Source of the DNA: the human T2T-CHM13v2.0 reference genome, Homo sapiens
Strand: one strand, 5' to 3'
Length of the DNA: 64,000 nt
Assembly: GCF_009914755.1 (NCBI RefSeq)
Contig: NC_060927.1
The notes beneath the pieces are model-generated. The model ran no database searches and was not told where the DNA came from. It was given only the letters and a program-made list of their open reading frames with translations. The stretch's first letter is position 1; every line of letters starts with the position of its first letter. Positions 44,493-57,795 of the stretch are shown here, in pieces. The translations under genes were made by a program, and so were the position numbers.

Positions 44493-45989
44493 GGTCGTGT
44501 TACAATTCTCATTTTGCAAAGTTTATGCAAAAACCAAACACCTGGGTTCAGAGTTTCCTAAAGGAGTCATCTGAAGTAGGTGCTTTACGCCAAAACGTCA
44601 CAAAGATTTATGTGCTTTCATTTGTGCATTAAATTGAGGACAGGTGGGAGAATGCTCAGGCCTGAGAAAAACTGATAGCTCATTTCTCCCTTCGAAGAGA
44701 GATGGCTGTTATGACTACTGCTGGTTTAGATAAAATAGATACAGACTTTGTTTAAAAAAAAAAAAAGAGGGCTCAGGTTTGAAAAACAGTATTTCAGCAG
44801 TCAAATAATTACCTCTGCGATCATGTTTCTCACAAATGGAAAACCCTGGACTGAGATCCCACAGTGAGTCCTGCTCCTAGTTCAAACAACAGGCAATACC
44901 ATGCCCAACAGCCAAGAAAATGGCCGGACCTCCCTTCACACTTGCTGAGGAAGGGTCCCTGGAATTGAGGCAAATGGTGGCCTCAACACATTCCATTTTA
45001 ATGGCTTGCAACAGAGTCAGTTACACATATGTAACCACTCACTTTTTAATTTGATTCTTGTTTCAAACACCTTTTCAGGACCCAATACATCTAAAAAATG
45101 TCATCACTTGATAGGTCGCTACTCTATCCCTGGCCTTGAAACAAGTGATTCGATGTGCTGAGTATTCACCAGGATTTGAAATAAGACTGTGAATTTGCAT
45201 TTCAGAAAGGGAATACTATTTGGAAAGCCCAGTCTGCCAGACTTTTCACAAAGGGAAAGGAGAGCTCCACTGGGAAAGCCTGCTGGTCAGCCTCCCCCAG
45301 GCAGGATGCTGCTTGTCCCCCTGATGACCTGGAGGCATATTGGAGAAATCAAAATTATTCTGTACACTTGATCCTTTTGAGGTTCAAACTGAGCTTCTGA
45401 ATCAAGTATTTATCAAACCATTGACTGATTTCCGAAGTAAGAATTTTCTACTTGGAAACCAGAGCTATATTCACATTGAAGGGCAAAGGACATACAATTA
45501 GTTCCTGTTTTTGTATGACTTCACTCAATTACATGGATACACATGAAATCTGAAACCACCTAATGATTTCTGATCTTTTCTTGTGTAGGCAGTTTCTACA
45601 ATTCTAGTGATCTGTTGGTCATTTAAAAGAACCACTAAATGTGATAATCAGAGAGTAAGAAATGCTCAAAAAAGCAATGGGAAAAGCTTTCAGATAAAAT
45701 ACCCTATAACTCCCAGACATTTTTGTATAAGTTTATTTAGCAGTTCAGCTTGAGATATGTATGTGTTTGTGGGGGTGATTACTATGACTGTTGAAGGGAG
45801 GTAGATAAAGGAAGACATTTTATAAATTGGAGAAAAATGGTGCTAATAGTTCAATAAGATAAATGCCTACCTTTTAAAGTTGAATTCCAGAAGAAATTGC
45901 AACACAGAAACTGACGCAACATTTTTTTTTCCACGTCAGAAAAACATGCTATCTTGCACCCAGAGTGGAAGCTGTGTGTTACAGCTTGA

Positions 45990-46320
<331 letters not shown>

Positions 46321-47099
46321 TAAAATTCTGCTGCTTAGTGAAAAGAGTCCAAGGTTATTTTTTCATCTAAAAACAAACAAAAAGAATTTTATTCACTGTG
46401 ATTTAAAAAGCATGCCTAGAAAGAGCCCTACCTTAAATTTGCACCGTGCTTCATAACATTGGTTCTTATTCATTTTCGAGATACTCATCACCAACATATA
46501 AATAATTGCTTATAATGTCAGTGGATCTATGGACCATCTAATGCCCATTCCTAGATCTCTGCAGTGTGTGGAGTCTGGTCACCACACCCAGCTCTACCCT
46601 TTACATTGTCTCACTTGATCCAAACGACAGACCTTTGAGGGTCTTATCCATCAGGCTCGGGTCATGCCTACCTCCAGCCAGTCTCTCACAAGGCCTAAGA
46701 ACACAGATCTGGCCACTGTCTGCTAGTCCAGAAGGGTTTACTTTCTCTACTCCTGCTCCCTCCACCCCGACAGGTAGGATCCAAGTGAAGGTTAGACTAT
46801 GTCTTGCTAGGTAGGCTAATCGGGTAGGGTGTGAAATACATTCTTCCAGGAAGAAATGGCCAGGGTTGTTTAGGTTCCCAACCTGCATCTCCACCCTGCC
46901 TAGTGGGTCGAGAGTGCTAGCACTTTAGCTCCGTGCTTCACAATGTCTCCATGAAAAAATTCACTGTGGCTCCTTTAGGGGGAATCTCCCCTTGCTGTGG
47001 TGATACCAGGAAAACTCTGTCCCAAACCTCTGGGGCAAATAGCTGCCCTGTTTCTGTATCATTGGCAATGAACCCACTGTGACTTAAAATAACAAAAAC

Positions 47100-47345
47100 A
47101 AGAACTGACATTAGACTGACTTTGTTCCAGGCACTGTTTCAAGCACTTCACACATAGTGACTTATTTAATACTTACAACAATCCTATTAGGCAAGTGCTA
47201 TTATTCTACTTTTTTCACTAATGAGGAAACTGGGCCACAGAGTTGGGATTTTTTTTTTTTTTAGTTTGCTTATGATCACACAGCCAGTAAAGGTTGGAAA
47301 CAGGACTCAAACCCTCCCTTTGGGTCCAAGCTCTGACCACTTGAC
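47100..47345 (-). mobile_element. MIR
   Basis: ccaggcactgtttcaagcacttcac...atgaggaaactgggccacagag...cacacagccagtaa. Confidence 0.8.
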
Positions 47346-48499
47346 TCCACTTAGCAATAACAAAAGAAAATGCACATACTTATAAATAAATAAACATATG
47401 TATTATCTGAGGTCTTGACCAACATTTTAATTTCTTTGACCAATGTGAATATTGTCATCAGGAGGATTAGAACTGCCCCATTCAGTTGATGAGCCCTACA
47501 GTGTGAGGAGGAAGCTGTGAGGTATAGAGGTGAGGAGCACCAGAGCTGCTGTGGACTCAGGACATGAAGGAAAGCCACAGAAGCTCCCTTCTCCTCTTTG
47601 GCTACCACCAGCAAAACAAGGTATTGTGGGGTCACATAAGGACGAGGAACTGGATGAAGGTAAAGGTGGGTTTCAGAGGGTAAAGAATGAGGAGACGAAA
47701 GGGAAACACTATGTGATTCCACCCAGAAAGTCTACAATTGCTCACAACACTTGGCTACTGCCTACTGTGGGGACATAAATTAGAGATTGTTCCTAGTACA
47801 TGCTCACGACCTATTGTTATTCTTCCTGCATGCCTGTATAGTAAAGCTCATATTATGAGGGTTTGGTTCTAAAGTCAGCAAGGCAAAACTAACCAAGAGT
47901 TGACCTTCCCCGGCAAATCTCTGAAACTGTCCAATAGTAGAGGACACAGACATATCTCTGTCAGCAAGTGCAGCACAGCAGATCCTTCCGCCAGTAAGGA
48001 AAGAGATTTCTGTTCTCTCAGTGGAGCACCTGAGGAAGAAGCTGGCTTGAACATAGAGGCCCTGTTGTTCAAACAATACAGTTTTTAAAGAGCAGAATTG
48101 CCCTCAATATAGGCAGATGCTCATGCTAGGAGATGCACTAGGGAACCAGGACAGAAAAAGGAAACATCACATTTCCATTTCCCATCTCATGCCAAGGCAT
48201 AACTCAATGGAAGAAAATGTACCCAGAATTGACCTGCATGGGCATGGCTTCATTTGACCAAGTTAAGCATGTGCGAGAGGGATGCCACCGTTAACTACAG
48301 GCAAGGCTGGTATTAAGTCATTACACATTGGTATGCTGATCTGCCCAGTGAAAGCTCTAATCAGTTAGTGCCCAAAGTGCCAGTCCTTAAAGTTTTTACT
48401 ATAACCACTCCCGAATGTACACGTGGACCCACATACGTGGAGCCACACATGCCCGCATAGCTTAATCTCCCTCACTGCAGCATGGGCGTTATGTCTGGG

Positions 48500-48785
48500 A
48501 TGCCCTAGATTTAGGGGTACTTTTATTTACCCTCCAAAGAAAGCCCTGCTCAAATCCTACCATCCCTGGGCAGTCTTCCTTGCTTTTCTCCAAATGGGTG
48601 TGATCTCTCCTCTACTTCTCTCATTTCCTTTCCTTATACCCTACCTTTTATTATAGGTGGTCGGAGACCCTATTTCCCACCTAGGAGGTGAGCTCATGGA
48701 ACCTTAGTGACCTCCTTTTCAAGAGTATTAGAAGGCTGCCTTTTACAAAGTTAGAGGTCAATGGATGTTTCACAGAAAATAAAAT
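48500..48785 (+). mobile_element. L2 3' remnant; its tail overlaps duplicated segment copy 1
   Basis: gccctgctcaaatcctac...cccacctaggaggtgagctc...gtcaatggatgttt. Confidence 0.5.
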
Positions 48786-49125
48786 ATCAAGCAAATGCAT
48801 CACGTAAAACACATATTCACTCATTTATGTGGGCCATACAGAGCCATGAAAAAACATAATGAATTAAGTCTGAAAACATTAGCTCTATTAGTATGAAATG
48901 CATTACCTTCTGAGGGTTTAATGTGACCAAAGCATTCTTGTCCATGTCCCAGTCTCTCCTTGCAATTTCCTAATTCCAACCACCACCACTGGAAAGATGG
49001 AATAGAAAATACCAAATGACAAAAGAATTATGAAACTTACGACTTGGACTCTTATCCTGGTAGAGATGGGTGTTGAGTCAAGAAAGCATCTACCTATGAG
49101 CTTTTCTCTTTACAGAAAAGACTGT
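48715..49125 (+). repeat. Local direct duplication, copy 1 (411 bp)
   Basis: Collinear with 56612-57022; exact shared blocks include atgaaatgcattaccttctg and atctacctatgagctttt. Confidence 0.95.
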
Positions 49126-49289
49126 TCAAATGTCTGTTTCATTCTCTCTGTCGCTCTCTCTCTCTCCCTGCTTGCTTGTTCACCCTCCATTTTCTCCCTA
49201 ATTTATAAATTCCCTAATTACCCTAACACCATACCAGGAAGTAACCTCTTCCCATACACCACTGTGAATCTCTTGGAAGGAGTGTAATT

Positions 49290-49650
49290 CTTGTATCACC
49301 TCCCTCTGTGGAAGTCAAAGGGCCAGAGCCAGACCCACCTTTCACAGATTCAGCACAGGCAGGGAAGGGCTGTCTCTTGGGACCTTGAACCTTATCTCAG
49401 AGTTCAAGGGGAAGAGGTCAGGCTCCAGAGTAGTGGCAACACTGTTTGTTCCAGCTGGCCTGGCTGTGGGCTTTTCTTCCCTTCCTGCTCCTGTCTTCCT
49501 GGCCCTCACACTAGTCTTGATGTCTGCCCACTTTCCCAGCTTCCCATTCTTCCCTCTGTGAGCTCCCCAGTAGCCTTCTAATAAAATTTCCAACGCTTCA
49601 GCTAACTCAAATCAGTTTCTGTTGCTAGCAGCCAATACTTCCAACCAAGA
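49290..49650 (+). mobile_element. Old ERVL-type LTR remnant (LTR41/LTR33-like)
   Basis: 3' end ccttctaataaaatttcc...tcagtttctgttgctagcagcc. Confidence 0.4.
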
Positions 49651-51059
49651 GGAGCTTCAGAAGAATTTTTTACATGCTTAGTTCCAAGCACACTGAGATG
49701 GGTTCAACCACTGCAGGCAAGAGCATTAAGCTGGTAACTAGTCTTGTTCATATTGAAAAACCAACTTCTGTAGGTGAGTGGTTGTTACTTCTGAGGAAAC
49801 ACCCCTTCCTGCCTGTCTGAATCCAGTGGCCTCTCCATGTCACCTGCCTATCTTGTGGGGTGTCTCCTTGCATTTAAAAGCTGACTCGAATTAAAACATT
49901 CCAACACACACATTCAACGGCTACTTCTGTTGTATCAAAGAAGGTTTTTGCATCATGTTGTCGTGGACCAATACATTCATTAAAGATAATTAGTTTGTTT
50001 CCTTTACTCCCTCACTCAATCCCCTTGGGAAAGCTCCATTACTATTACTTAACTCTCTTGGGGGACACTGAAAATGACTCCATTCCATTGGCTCTAACTA
50101 GTTAAAGTAGCCAAATCAAAGCTTCAGAGTTCCAACCCAAATATTTCTTTTTTTGGTTTGTATGCACATAATTACATATGATTTACAGTGACGCACAAAA
50201 TTTCCGGAAATAAAAACAGGAATCATTGTTCAAAATTTTATTCAATCCAGAAAAAATATACCCAGCAACAGAAGACAGATGTCACGAACATGGAACATGT
50301 GAGCTTGGAAAAAGTTTGCCAAGTACATCTTTACTATCCCCTGAATTCCCATACAGGGCAGGAAAGCAAACAAGATCTTGGTGGTGCTCAGGCAGGGAAA
50401 TGAAGTTCTGAGAGGGTTCGAAAACTTTTGTATTGCTCTAATAACTCCCCCTCCTGTGATCCAGTGATTAGAAATATTCCCCAGAGTAGGAAGCTCTCTA
50501 ACGAAGAGAAAAACTGGAAGTAGGGGGTCCAGGTGGAGACCAAGCTATGTGGGGTCTTAGAGAAATATTCAAGGTAAGCAATGCAGTGGAAACCATAGGG
50601 CTACTATTTGGTGGAACTAGAATTGCCAAATGTCCTGAGAAGACCAGGGGATTAGTAGCTTAAGACTCGGCCTCTAGGGCAGAGGGGAAGGTAGGAGTAC
50701 CATGTTGACTCCTGAGGGAAGGTCAGACAACCAAATATTGAACTGCTTATTGGAACTGAACTTGTAAACTCCTGAGGTTTCCCCACCCTGAGTAGTAAAA
50801 GCTGTGCACAATGATCAGCTCGAAACAACAGGTCATCATTGAAAGGAACCTGTGCCAAAACACCGATTGGAATTTTGTGAGGATTTATGGATAAAATCGG
50901 ATTCATTCAGTTGACCCTGGGCTATATTCTTCCCTATCATCACCCTCTCAAAAAATGGGGAGATGCCCCCTACAACCACCGAGGGACAGATTGGCTTCTG
51001 TGGGTCTAGTGGAACCCTAGTCTAGAAGGAGCTCTTCATGCCCATCTGCCAATCTAAGC

Positions 51060-51750
51060 AGAAGGATGAGAGGCCTCTGTCTTTGTTGTGGGGCCTATAA
51101 AATGCCCTGTGCTTGGGCCCTTGCCTACCTCCTCAGCCCATGTCACACTCTCTTCCTCTCACACCTCTCATGTACCTGTCACTCGACCTTCAGCCACTTC
51201 CCAGGACTTATTCTAGTTGCCACCTTAGGATCTTTGCCTCTGCCATTCCTCTTTCTGGAATGTTCTTTCCCATGACCAATTCTTTTCTTAGCTCTCCACT
51301 TAAATGTCAACCTCCACAGAGAATACTTCCCTAGAGGCTCTCTTGAGTGGTTCCCACCTTGTTCACTTCTAGAGCAGGGGTTGGCAAATTATGGCCCAAG
51401 GGTCAAATCCAGTGAGCCATCTGCTTTTGTAAATAAAGTTTTATTGGAACACAGCTGTGCCCCTTCATTTACAAGTAGTCTGTGGCTGCTTTCACACTAC
51501 AGTGGCAGAGTTGAGTGGTTGTGACAGAGACCAGATGGCCTGCAAAGCCAAAAATATTTACTATCTGGCCCTTTACTGAAAATATTGACTGACCCTTGTT
51601 CCACGGATTTCAGACATTCCATAATTATTGTTCTTTACTCTCTTATTTCCATTCAAGCCTGTATGTCCAGGAATGCAGATATCTTGTCTGTGTTATTCAT
51701 GTTCTTATCCCCGGCATCCAGCACATTGCCTGGCACAAAGGCAACATACA
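51060..51750 (+). mobile_element. L2 interrupted by MER58A
   Basis: tttgcctctgccattcctctttctggaatgttctttccc...cttaaatgtcaacctcc...cagcacattgcctggcac. Confidence 0.75.
51375..51598 (+). mobile_element. MER58A
   Basis: caggggttggcaaattatggccc...gtaaataaagttttattggaacacagc...aatatttactatctggccctttac. Confidence 0.92.
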
Positions 51751-51877
51751 ACATAGACACTAAGCAGGGATTACCATTTCCATTTTCTAGATGGAAACAC
51801 TAAGGGTGAAAGGAAGGAAATGTATCTGTGCTGGAGTGAACTCATTGTGGGGGGTGGGCTAGTATTTCTTTTGCTTT

Positions 51878-51967
51878 CTTTTTTTTAAAATTTTATTTAA
51901 TTTTAATTTTTATATTATACTTTAAGTTCCAGGGTACATGCGCACAACGTGCAGGTTTGTTACATAT
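51878..51967 (-). mobile_element. L1PA 3'-terminal stub
   Basis: attatactttaagttccagggtacatgcgcacaacgtgcaggtttgttacatat plus T-rich tail. Confidence 0.88.
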
Positions 51968-53329
51968 TGGCTTTTATCCAGATTGATTAACTTGACTCTT
52001 CTTTGAATGGTCTCTTTCTTCCCTTCTGTAGGTCAAGTCAAGGCCAGTGACTAGACTCTATTAAGGTACAGAATCCAGCCTTGAGACTCTCTTGTCCAAG
52101 TTTTGACTGAGACATGGATACATCATCCATGTTTTGGGTATTCACCTGTCTTTTATCAACCTGAACACTAAAATCTTGGGTACAGTAGAATGGATTTTTC
52201 TCCATTCTCCTGGGATCCACTTAAATCCCTTTAGCTTGAGTGACACTCCTGGCAAGTTTTCATGAGTAGGACAGAGGAATAATGTTCCTGAATCATGTGC
52301 TTAATTACAGTGTGTATATACTTGTGTATATATATATTTTCATTTATCCTGCCATAAGCGTTTTTTATTAATATATTTAGCCAGCATGAGGATTATTATT
52401 AGATACTCTTGTTTCTAAAACTTCATCCTAAGGATAAGGCAAGCAGGAATTTCCTTCTAAAGCAACTTACTGTTGCTACTTTTAATAATCGAAGGTTTTA
52501 GTACAGTGATTTCTCCTTAATCCTCTTGATAATCCCAGCAAAATATGGGTATCAGAAAGTGGAAGGCAACTCTCCTGCATTTTGCTGGGTATCTAAGACA
52601 TGGTGCTAACGGGGTCTAGCTAAACTCAAGACCATTTCAAAACAAGAGACTAAGATGCGGGTAAACCAAGAAGCCCACACAAATCCTTCTGTGGAACCAG
52701 GAAATGAGCATCTAGTTGAAAAATGTGCCTGTTTTTCTGCCTCCATACCTTTTTCTACCATCTCAATGTTGCATTAAGATTTAGCCCTAACTAACTGAAG
52801 CATGGGATGGAGCCACAAAACACAGGCAGCAAAAGATCTTTACTGGAGTGCACCAAGAAAGCAAATCCCTTTTGTGCTGAGGATGGCACCTTTGCTGTCA
52901 CCAACCCCTTCCAGCCTGAGAGAGACAAGGAGCAGGAGATAATTCCAAAAGCAAGTAAAGACCCCTGTTGGATGTAAAAAGTCAGCAGCACCAGGCACTC
53001 CTGAGGCTTCCACCCCAGGAAAGCTGGGAGAGACAGTGCGCATTTTTTCGATGGGGTACTCCTTTCACAGGCAGTCAGAGCGTAACTGCCTGTTGCCAGA
53101 AACCATTCATCAGACTCCACAGAAAAGGCTGTCAGCTCGGCCTACAGGCCCCACGCCAGCCTGTCAGGATCCAGGCTAGCAGCCAGGGTGTCAGGGGCTG
53201 CGGCTGGTAGCCAACCGGGACTTTGATGTCTAAGGGTTGGCTGGCTGGTATGTGAGGGTGGCCAATGGGCTCTGAAACCATATACCCTGCTCAGAGGTCA
53301 TGGGTTCTGAAAGCAAGCTGGTCGTTAGA

Positions 53330-53800
53330 GTATCTCTAATAAAGATGGAGGTAGGCATTTCATATTGTTAAAAAAAATTGTTCAAATTATTTCAGTATTT
53401 GTTTTGATTTAAATTTCCATTACACATGCTTTTTATTATGCAACTCAATTAGTACATAAAAGATTTTTCTGTTTAAAATGTTTAAATGAACATAATTGTA
53501 CAATTTGGAAAGATTACAATGCTTTTATTTAATTAACACTGCAATAAATACATTGCTCTGTAATGAACCCCATACTTTTAGGCCATTAGCCATTCAATAA
53601 ATTTGCAATATGGAAGGTCCTTTATGGAGAAGAAGATAAATAAAGCTATTTAAACGAATGTACGACAGCTATGATGCTAAGCAGCAAATTATAGCTTTTT
53701 GCTTCTCATCTACTAGAGTTGTACCTTGATTACAAACACATGCGAGTGTAATAAACAGCATACATTTCAATTACTATTTTGAACATGAGGTACACTGGAC
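53330..53800. promoter_or_regulatory. Candidate conserved non-coding element / developmental enhancer
   Basis: Repeat-free AT-rich block with dense homeodomain, SOX and C/EBP-like motifs; inference only, no conservation data. Confidence 0.35.
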
Positions 53801-54631
53801 GCTAAAGAAAAATTCTGCAGCATTGGTGCAGCTCCACTCCATGGCATCTTCCCAATGAGAAACTCTTTCAGAATTTTTCCAAAAGGTTCATCTGTTGTCT
53901 GCCTTATCAAGTCAGGTCTGGACCTGCCAGACAAAAATAATGTCCCTCACGCAGCCTCTCAGAACCGGCTGGTTCCATGGGTGATCACAGAATTAAAGCC
54001 ACTCCCCTCGTGTGACACTCTCTGACAAAGGACTATCTATGACAGGTCTAGCAGCAGCAGAGGTTATGTCCAGGCCCTGCTCTCTGTCGTCTCGTCACCG
54101 TCACACACCAGTTACAAGCAAAATGATGAACCCCTCCAGTCCCATGGCCCTCAGTCCTCATCCAAACACCTTCTCCTTCCATTACTGAGCCCTGCAAGGA
54201 TGGCACACACAGCTGGTGCCCAAGAGCCCAGATTTCAGATGAAGCTTAGAGAGATTAAGTGTTGGCATAGGGTCCCAGAGCCGAGGTGAGGCTATAATTT
54301 TGTCTTCTACTTAATGCACCTTATTAATATTGGTAGCTGTAATACAATAATATCAGTGACTAAAATGTATTGATATCAGAAACAAGGACTGATATTGAAT
54401 GATTATTATTTCCCAGGGGTTATACTGCATTTTATAGATGAGGAAACTAAAGCTTAGATATGTGAGTAATCTGGCCCAACATCACAGGAAGTAAATGGTG
54501 GAGCCAAGCCCAAGCTATGTAGCTGCTCCCAGGATTCTATCTTCAAGTGGTAACTGGGAAGATCCCAAAGTCCTTCCTTTGGCTTACTCAGTGTTCTTTC
54601 CTTTGCTCTCCTTCATAGTCTATTCATTTTC

Positions 54632-54733
54632 TTTTTGGAGACAAAGAGTCTTGCTCTATCGCCCAGGCTGAAGTGCAGTGGCGCGATCTCGGCTCACTAC
54701 TGCAACCTCCGCCTCCCGGGTTCAAGTGATTCA
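54632..54733 (-). mobile_element. Alu right-arm fragment
   Basis: gagtcttgctctatcgcccaggctgaagtgcagtggcgcgatctcggctcac...gggttcaagtgattc. Confidence 0.88.
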
Positions 54734-54869
54734 CAAATGGGATCTCCTTTTTAACCCTTTTCTCCCTATACATCAGGAAAGATGGCAGCCCACAACCATT
54801 CAATAGAAGCCTCCCTTGGTATTCAACCAGCCATATTTGGCTTGCATGGCAAAAAGCTTTCAGGGACGG

Positions 54870-55135
54870 GAAACAAAGAACATAGTGGGTGTGGAGTCAG
54901 GCCTGGTTTTAAGTCCCACCTTTGGTATCTACTAGCTGCGTGGCTTTGACCAGGCTGCTTATCCTTTCTGTGACTAATTTTTCTTAACTATAAAATGTAA
55001 ATTATGATAATTCCTATCTTCATATGGTTATTCTGACATATGTATCAGATAACCAAATTTATCTAAGTTAGCTTAGTATGTAGTATATGTAGTAAATGCA
55101 TAGTACCTAGCATATAAAAAATGCTTAGTAAGACT
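54870..55135 (+). mobile_element. MIR
   Basis: ggagtcaggcctggttttaagtccc...actagctgcgtggcttt...ctataaaatg. Confidence 0.7.
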
Positions 55136-55174
55136 TTGGGTTCCTCCTTACAAGTTTAGAGGAAATCTAAATAA

Positions 55175-55440
55175 CTCAACTGATCATTCAGCCAATATTT
55201 ATTGAGCATCTATTGTTTTCTGGAGAGTGTTCCCAATATGTGGGATAGATGAAGTTTCTATTCCTGCTTCTGCACTACTTTATACTGTGTTTATGGGGTG
55301 GGGGTGCTCATAAAATAAATAAGTAGACAAAAACTGTAATATTTCAAGTGACAAAAATAAGGCAAGATGAAAAAGCTGCATGATAAAGATGACATGAGGG
55401 CTATGCAGAAGGTGATATTTGAATCCGGTCTGAATTCAGA
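55175..55440 (-). mobile_element. L2 3' end
   Basis: cattcagccaatatttattgagcatcta...gaaggtgatatttgaatc. Confidence 0.65.
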
Positions 55441-56611
55441 CAGTGGCGCACATGCCAGGGTGCCTGACACACAGCAGGAAGTCAACAATCACGCAGTTGG
55501 AGACTGAAATATGGACTGCCGAGCTCACTAACCCCAGTCATGCAGTGTGTGGCTAGATGTTCATTTCAGTGTACAAAAATTTACAATGACCTGCTGTGTG
55601 CCAGGCACTAGGGGAGACAGTGAAGTTGCCTTTAAGTTCGAGCCAGCTTGTGGACCTTCTGCATCATGGCGCTGTTGTTAAAGGGTGGCACGGTGTCCTT
55701 TTCTGGACTCCAGAACATTCCAGTACCCAGATCTCTCTTCTAAGAAGGTAAGCGTGGAGTATACAAGTAAAAAGAAAGCAGGATTAGAGCCAGGTGATGG
55801 GTGTAGCAAAGGACCACTTGTCAGAGGTGAAATGCAAAATACCTGAAATGGAGGAGACATTTGACAGATTGTACTTATTTTTATTTTTTCCTTCAAAAAT
55901 AAAGGCTCAGTTCCTACATGGCACCAAGTTCTAGCTAAGAACCAAGATGAAAATGATACCCTCCTTGTCCTTGAGTTCAGTCTCTTATACTCATAACCAT
56001 TACCATTATATGTCTCTTCATATTTTTCCTAAAACTGATTTCCTATTTTTACTTCAATGTTATCATTATTTCCTTGTATGTGTTTATGTCATAAGCCAGA
56101 AATAATTTAAAGACTCATCCAGGATGTAACCGGACAGATGGATGGATGGATGGATAGACAGAGGGATGGACGGTCATCCAAGGCAAATCTAAGACTGCTC
56201 AGAAACCTAAGCCTTCGATTAAAACAAGAGTAGAATAGCTCAGCATTTCGATGGCTGGATGAAGCTTCTCTTCTTTTATGAAACTGATTTGCAATTGAGA
56301 CTCAATTTCTTCATAAGCAGTGAAGAACTCTCATGGGTTGGGGGTAGTGTTGCCTGTAGGTTCGTATTTGGAAGCTTTCTTTTCCCCAGTAACAATCATA
56401 CACTTCACACATGTCTAATGTTTTTAAAGGGCATTCATATCTCTTAGATCATGTAAATGGCAGCCCTATGTGACAGATAGGATAATTGTTTTAGTGTTTA
56501 TTATAGAGTTGAGGAAACAAGTGGAAAGGCTTGCTAGAGTCTAGTAACAATCTTGGACTGGAGAAACCAGAAGATTAGAACCAAAATATCATGACAAGCA
56601 ATTCAGAGCTT

Positions 56612-57022
56612 CTTTTCAAGGTATTAGAGGGTTGCCTTTTACATAGTCAGCGGTCAATAGATGTTTCACAGAAAAGAAAAGAACAAGTGAATGAATCACA
56701 TGAAATCACATACTCATTCATTTGTTTGTGTGGACCATAGAGAGCCATTAAAAAACATACTTAATTAAGTCTGAAAGCACTTGTTACACGAGCATGAAAT
56801 GCATTACCTTCTGGCAGTTTTTTGTGACCAAATCATTCTTGTCTGTGTCCCTAATCTCTCCTTCCAATTTCCTAATCCCAACCACTACCACTGGAAGGGT
56901 GGAATAGAAGACACTAAATGATACAGGAATTATGAAACTTACCACTTGGAATCTATTCTGGTAGAGATGGGAGGGGTTAAGAAAGAATCTACCTATGAGC
57001 TTTTTTCTTTACAGAAGACTGT
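56612..57022 (+). repeat. Local direct duplication, copy 2 (411 bp)
   Basis: Collinear with 48715-49125. Confidence 0.95.
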
Positions 57023-57795
57023 ACTAAAGCTCTCTCCTCTCTCTCTCCACATTTCTTCTTTCTCTTAATTGCTTTCTCTCTTTACTATTTTTCTTTCCAT
57101 CTCATTCTCTTACTTCACTTCCTTTTCATCATTTTTTCTTTAACTTCTTTTTTGTTCTTTTGTCACTCTAGCTTTACCATGAGTCTATCACATTCTACTG
57201 CAAACAGATCTTCCGGGGTCTTATACCTGCCCTCAGCATTGTATTTCCTCATTTGCAGCATCTTAGCATGAAGCACACACATAAACCGCCCCACCCCCAC
57301 CCCGCCCCCAGTCCCAGTGTCTGCCTGTAGTGGAAATCTATCATTTCCATTCATCCCTTACCCTCTTTTTGGAAAGAGCATGCCAATGCTCCTTGGAAGA
57401 ACCATCTCTCCCCTGGTTTCCATGTATCCCTTCCCTTCTCCAGCTCCAGGGATCTGCACACATCTGGCAAGTGAGAGCACTCCATCCCTCAAGCTCAGTG
57501 ACTGGTTCACAGATGGCCACATGAGTCAACCCAGGCCAATGAGATCAATCCCAGGATTTTTTTCTGCTGAGTTGTGAAGCTAGTGTGATGAGTCTAGAAT
57601 TCATCTTTGCCACCAGTTGGAGATAGACTGCTTGAAAAAGAAACCAAACAGTGGTAAGCAGAGCTGAGGGATTATAACAGATCACTAACCATGTTATTTG
57701 AGCACCTGCATCCAGCCACGGCTGAAGCTGGACTATTTAGTCTTCTGAATTTCACAAGCCAGTAAATGACTTTCCAAAGTTAAGCCAGTTTGAAG

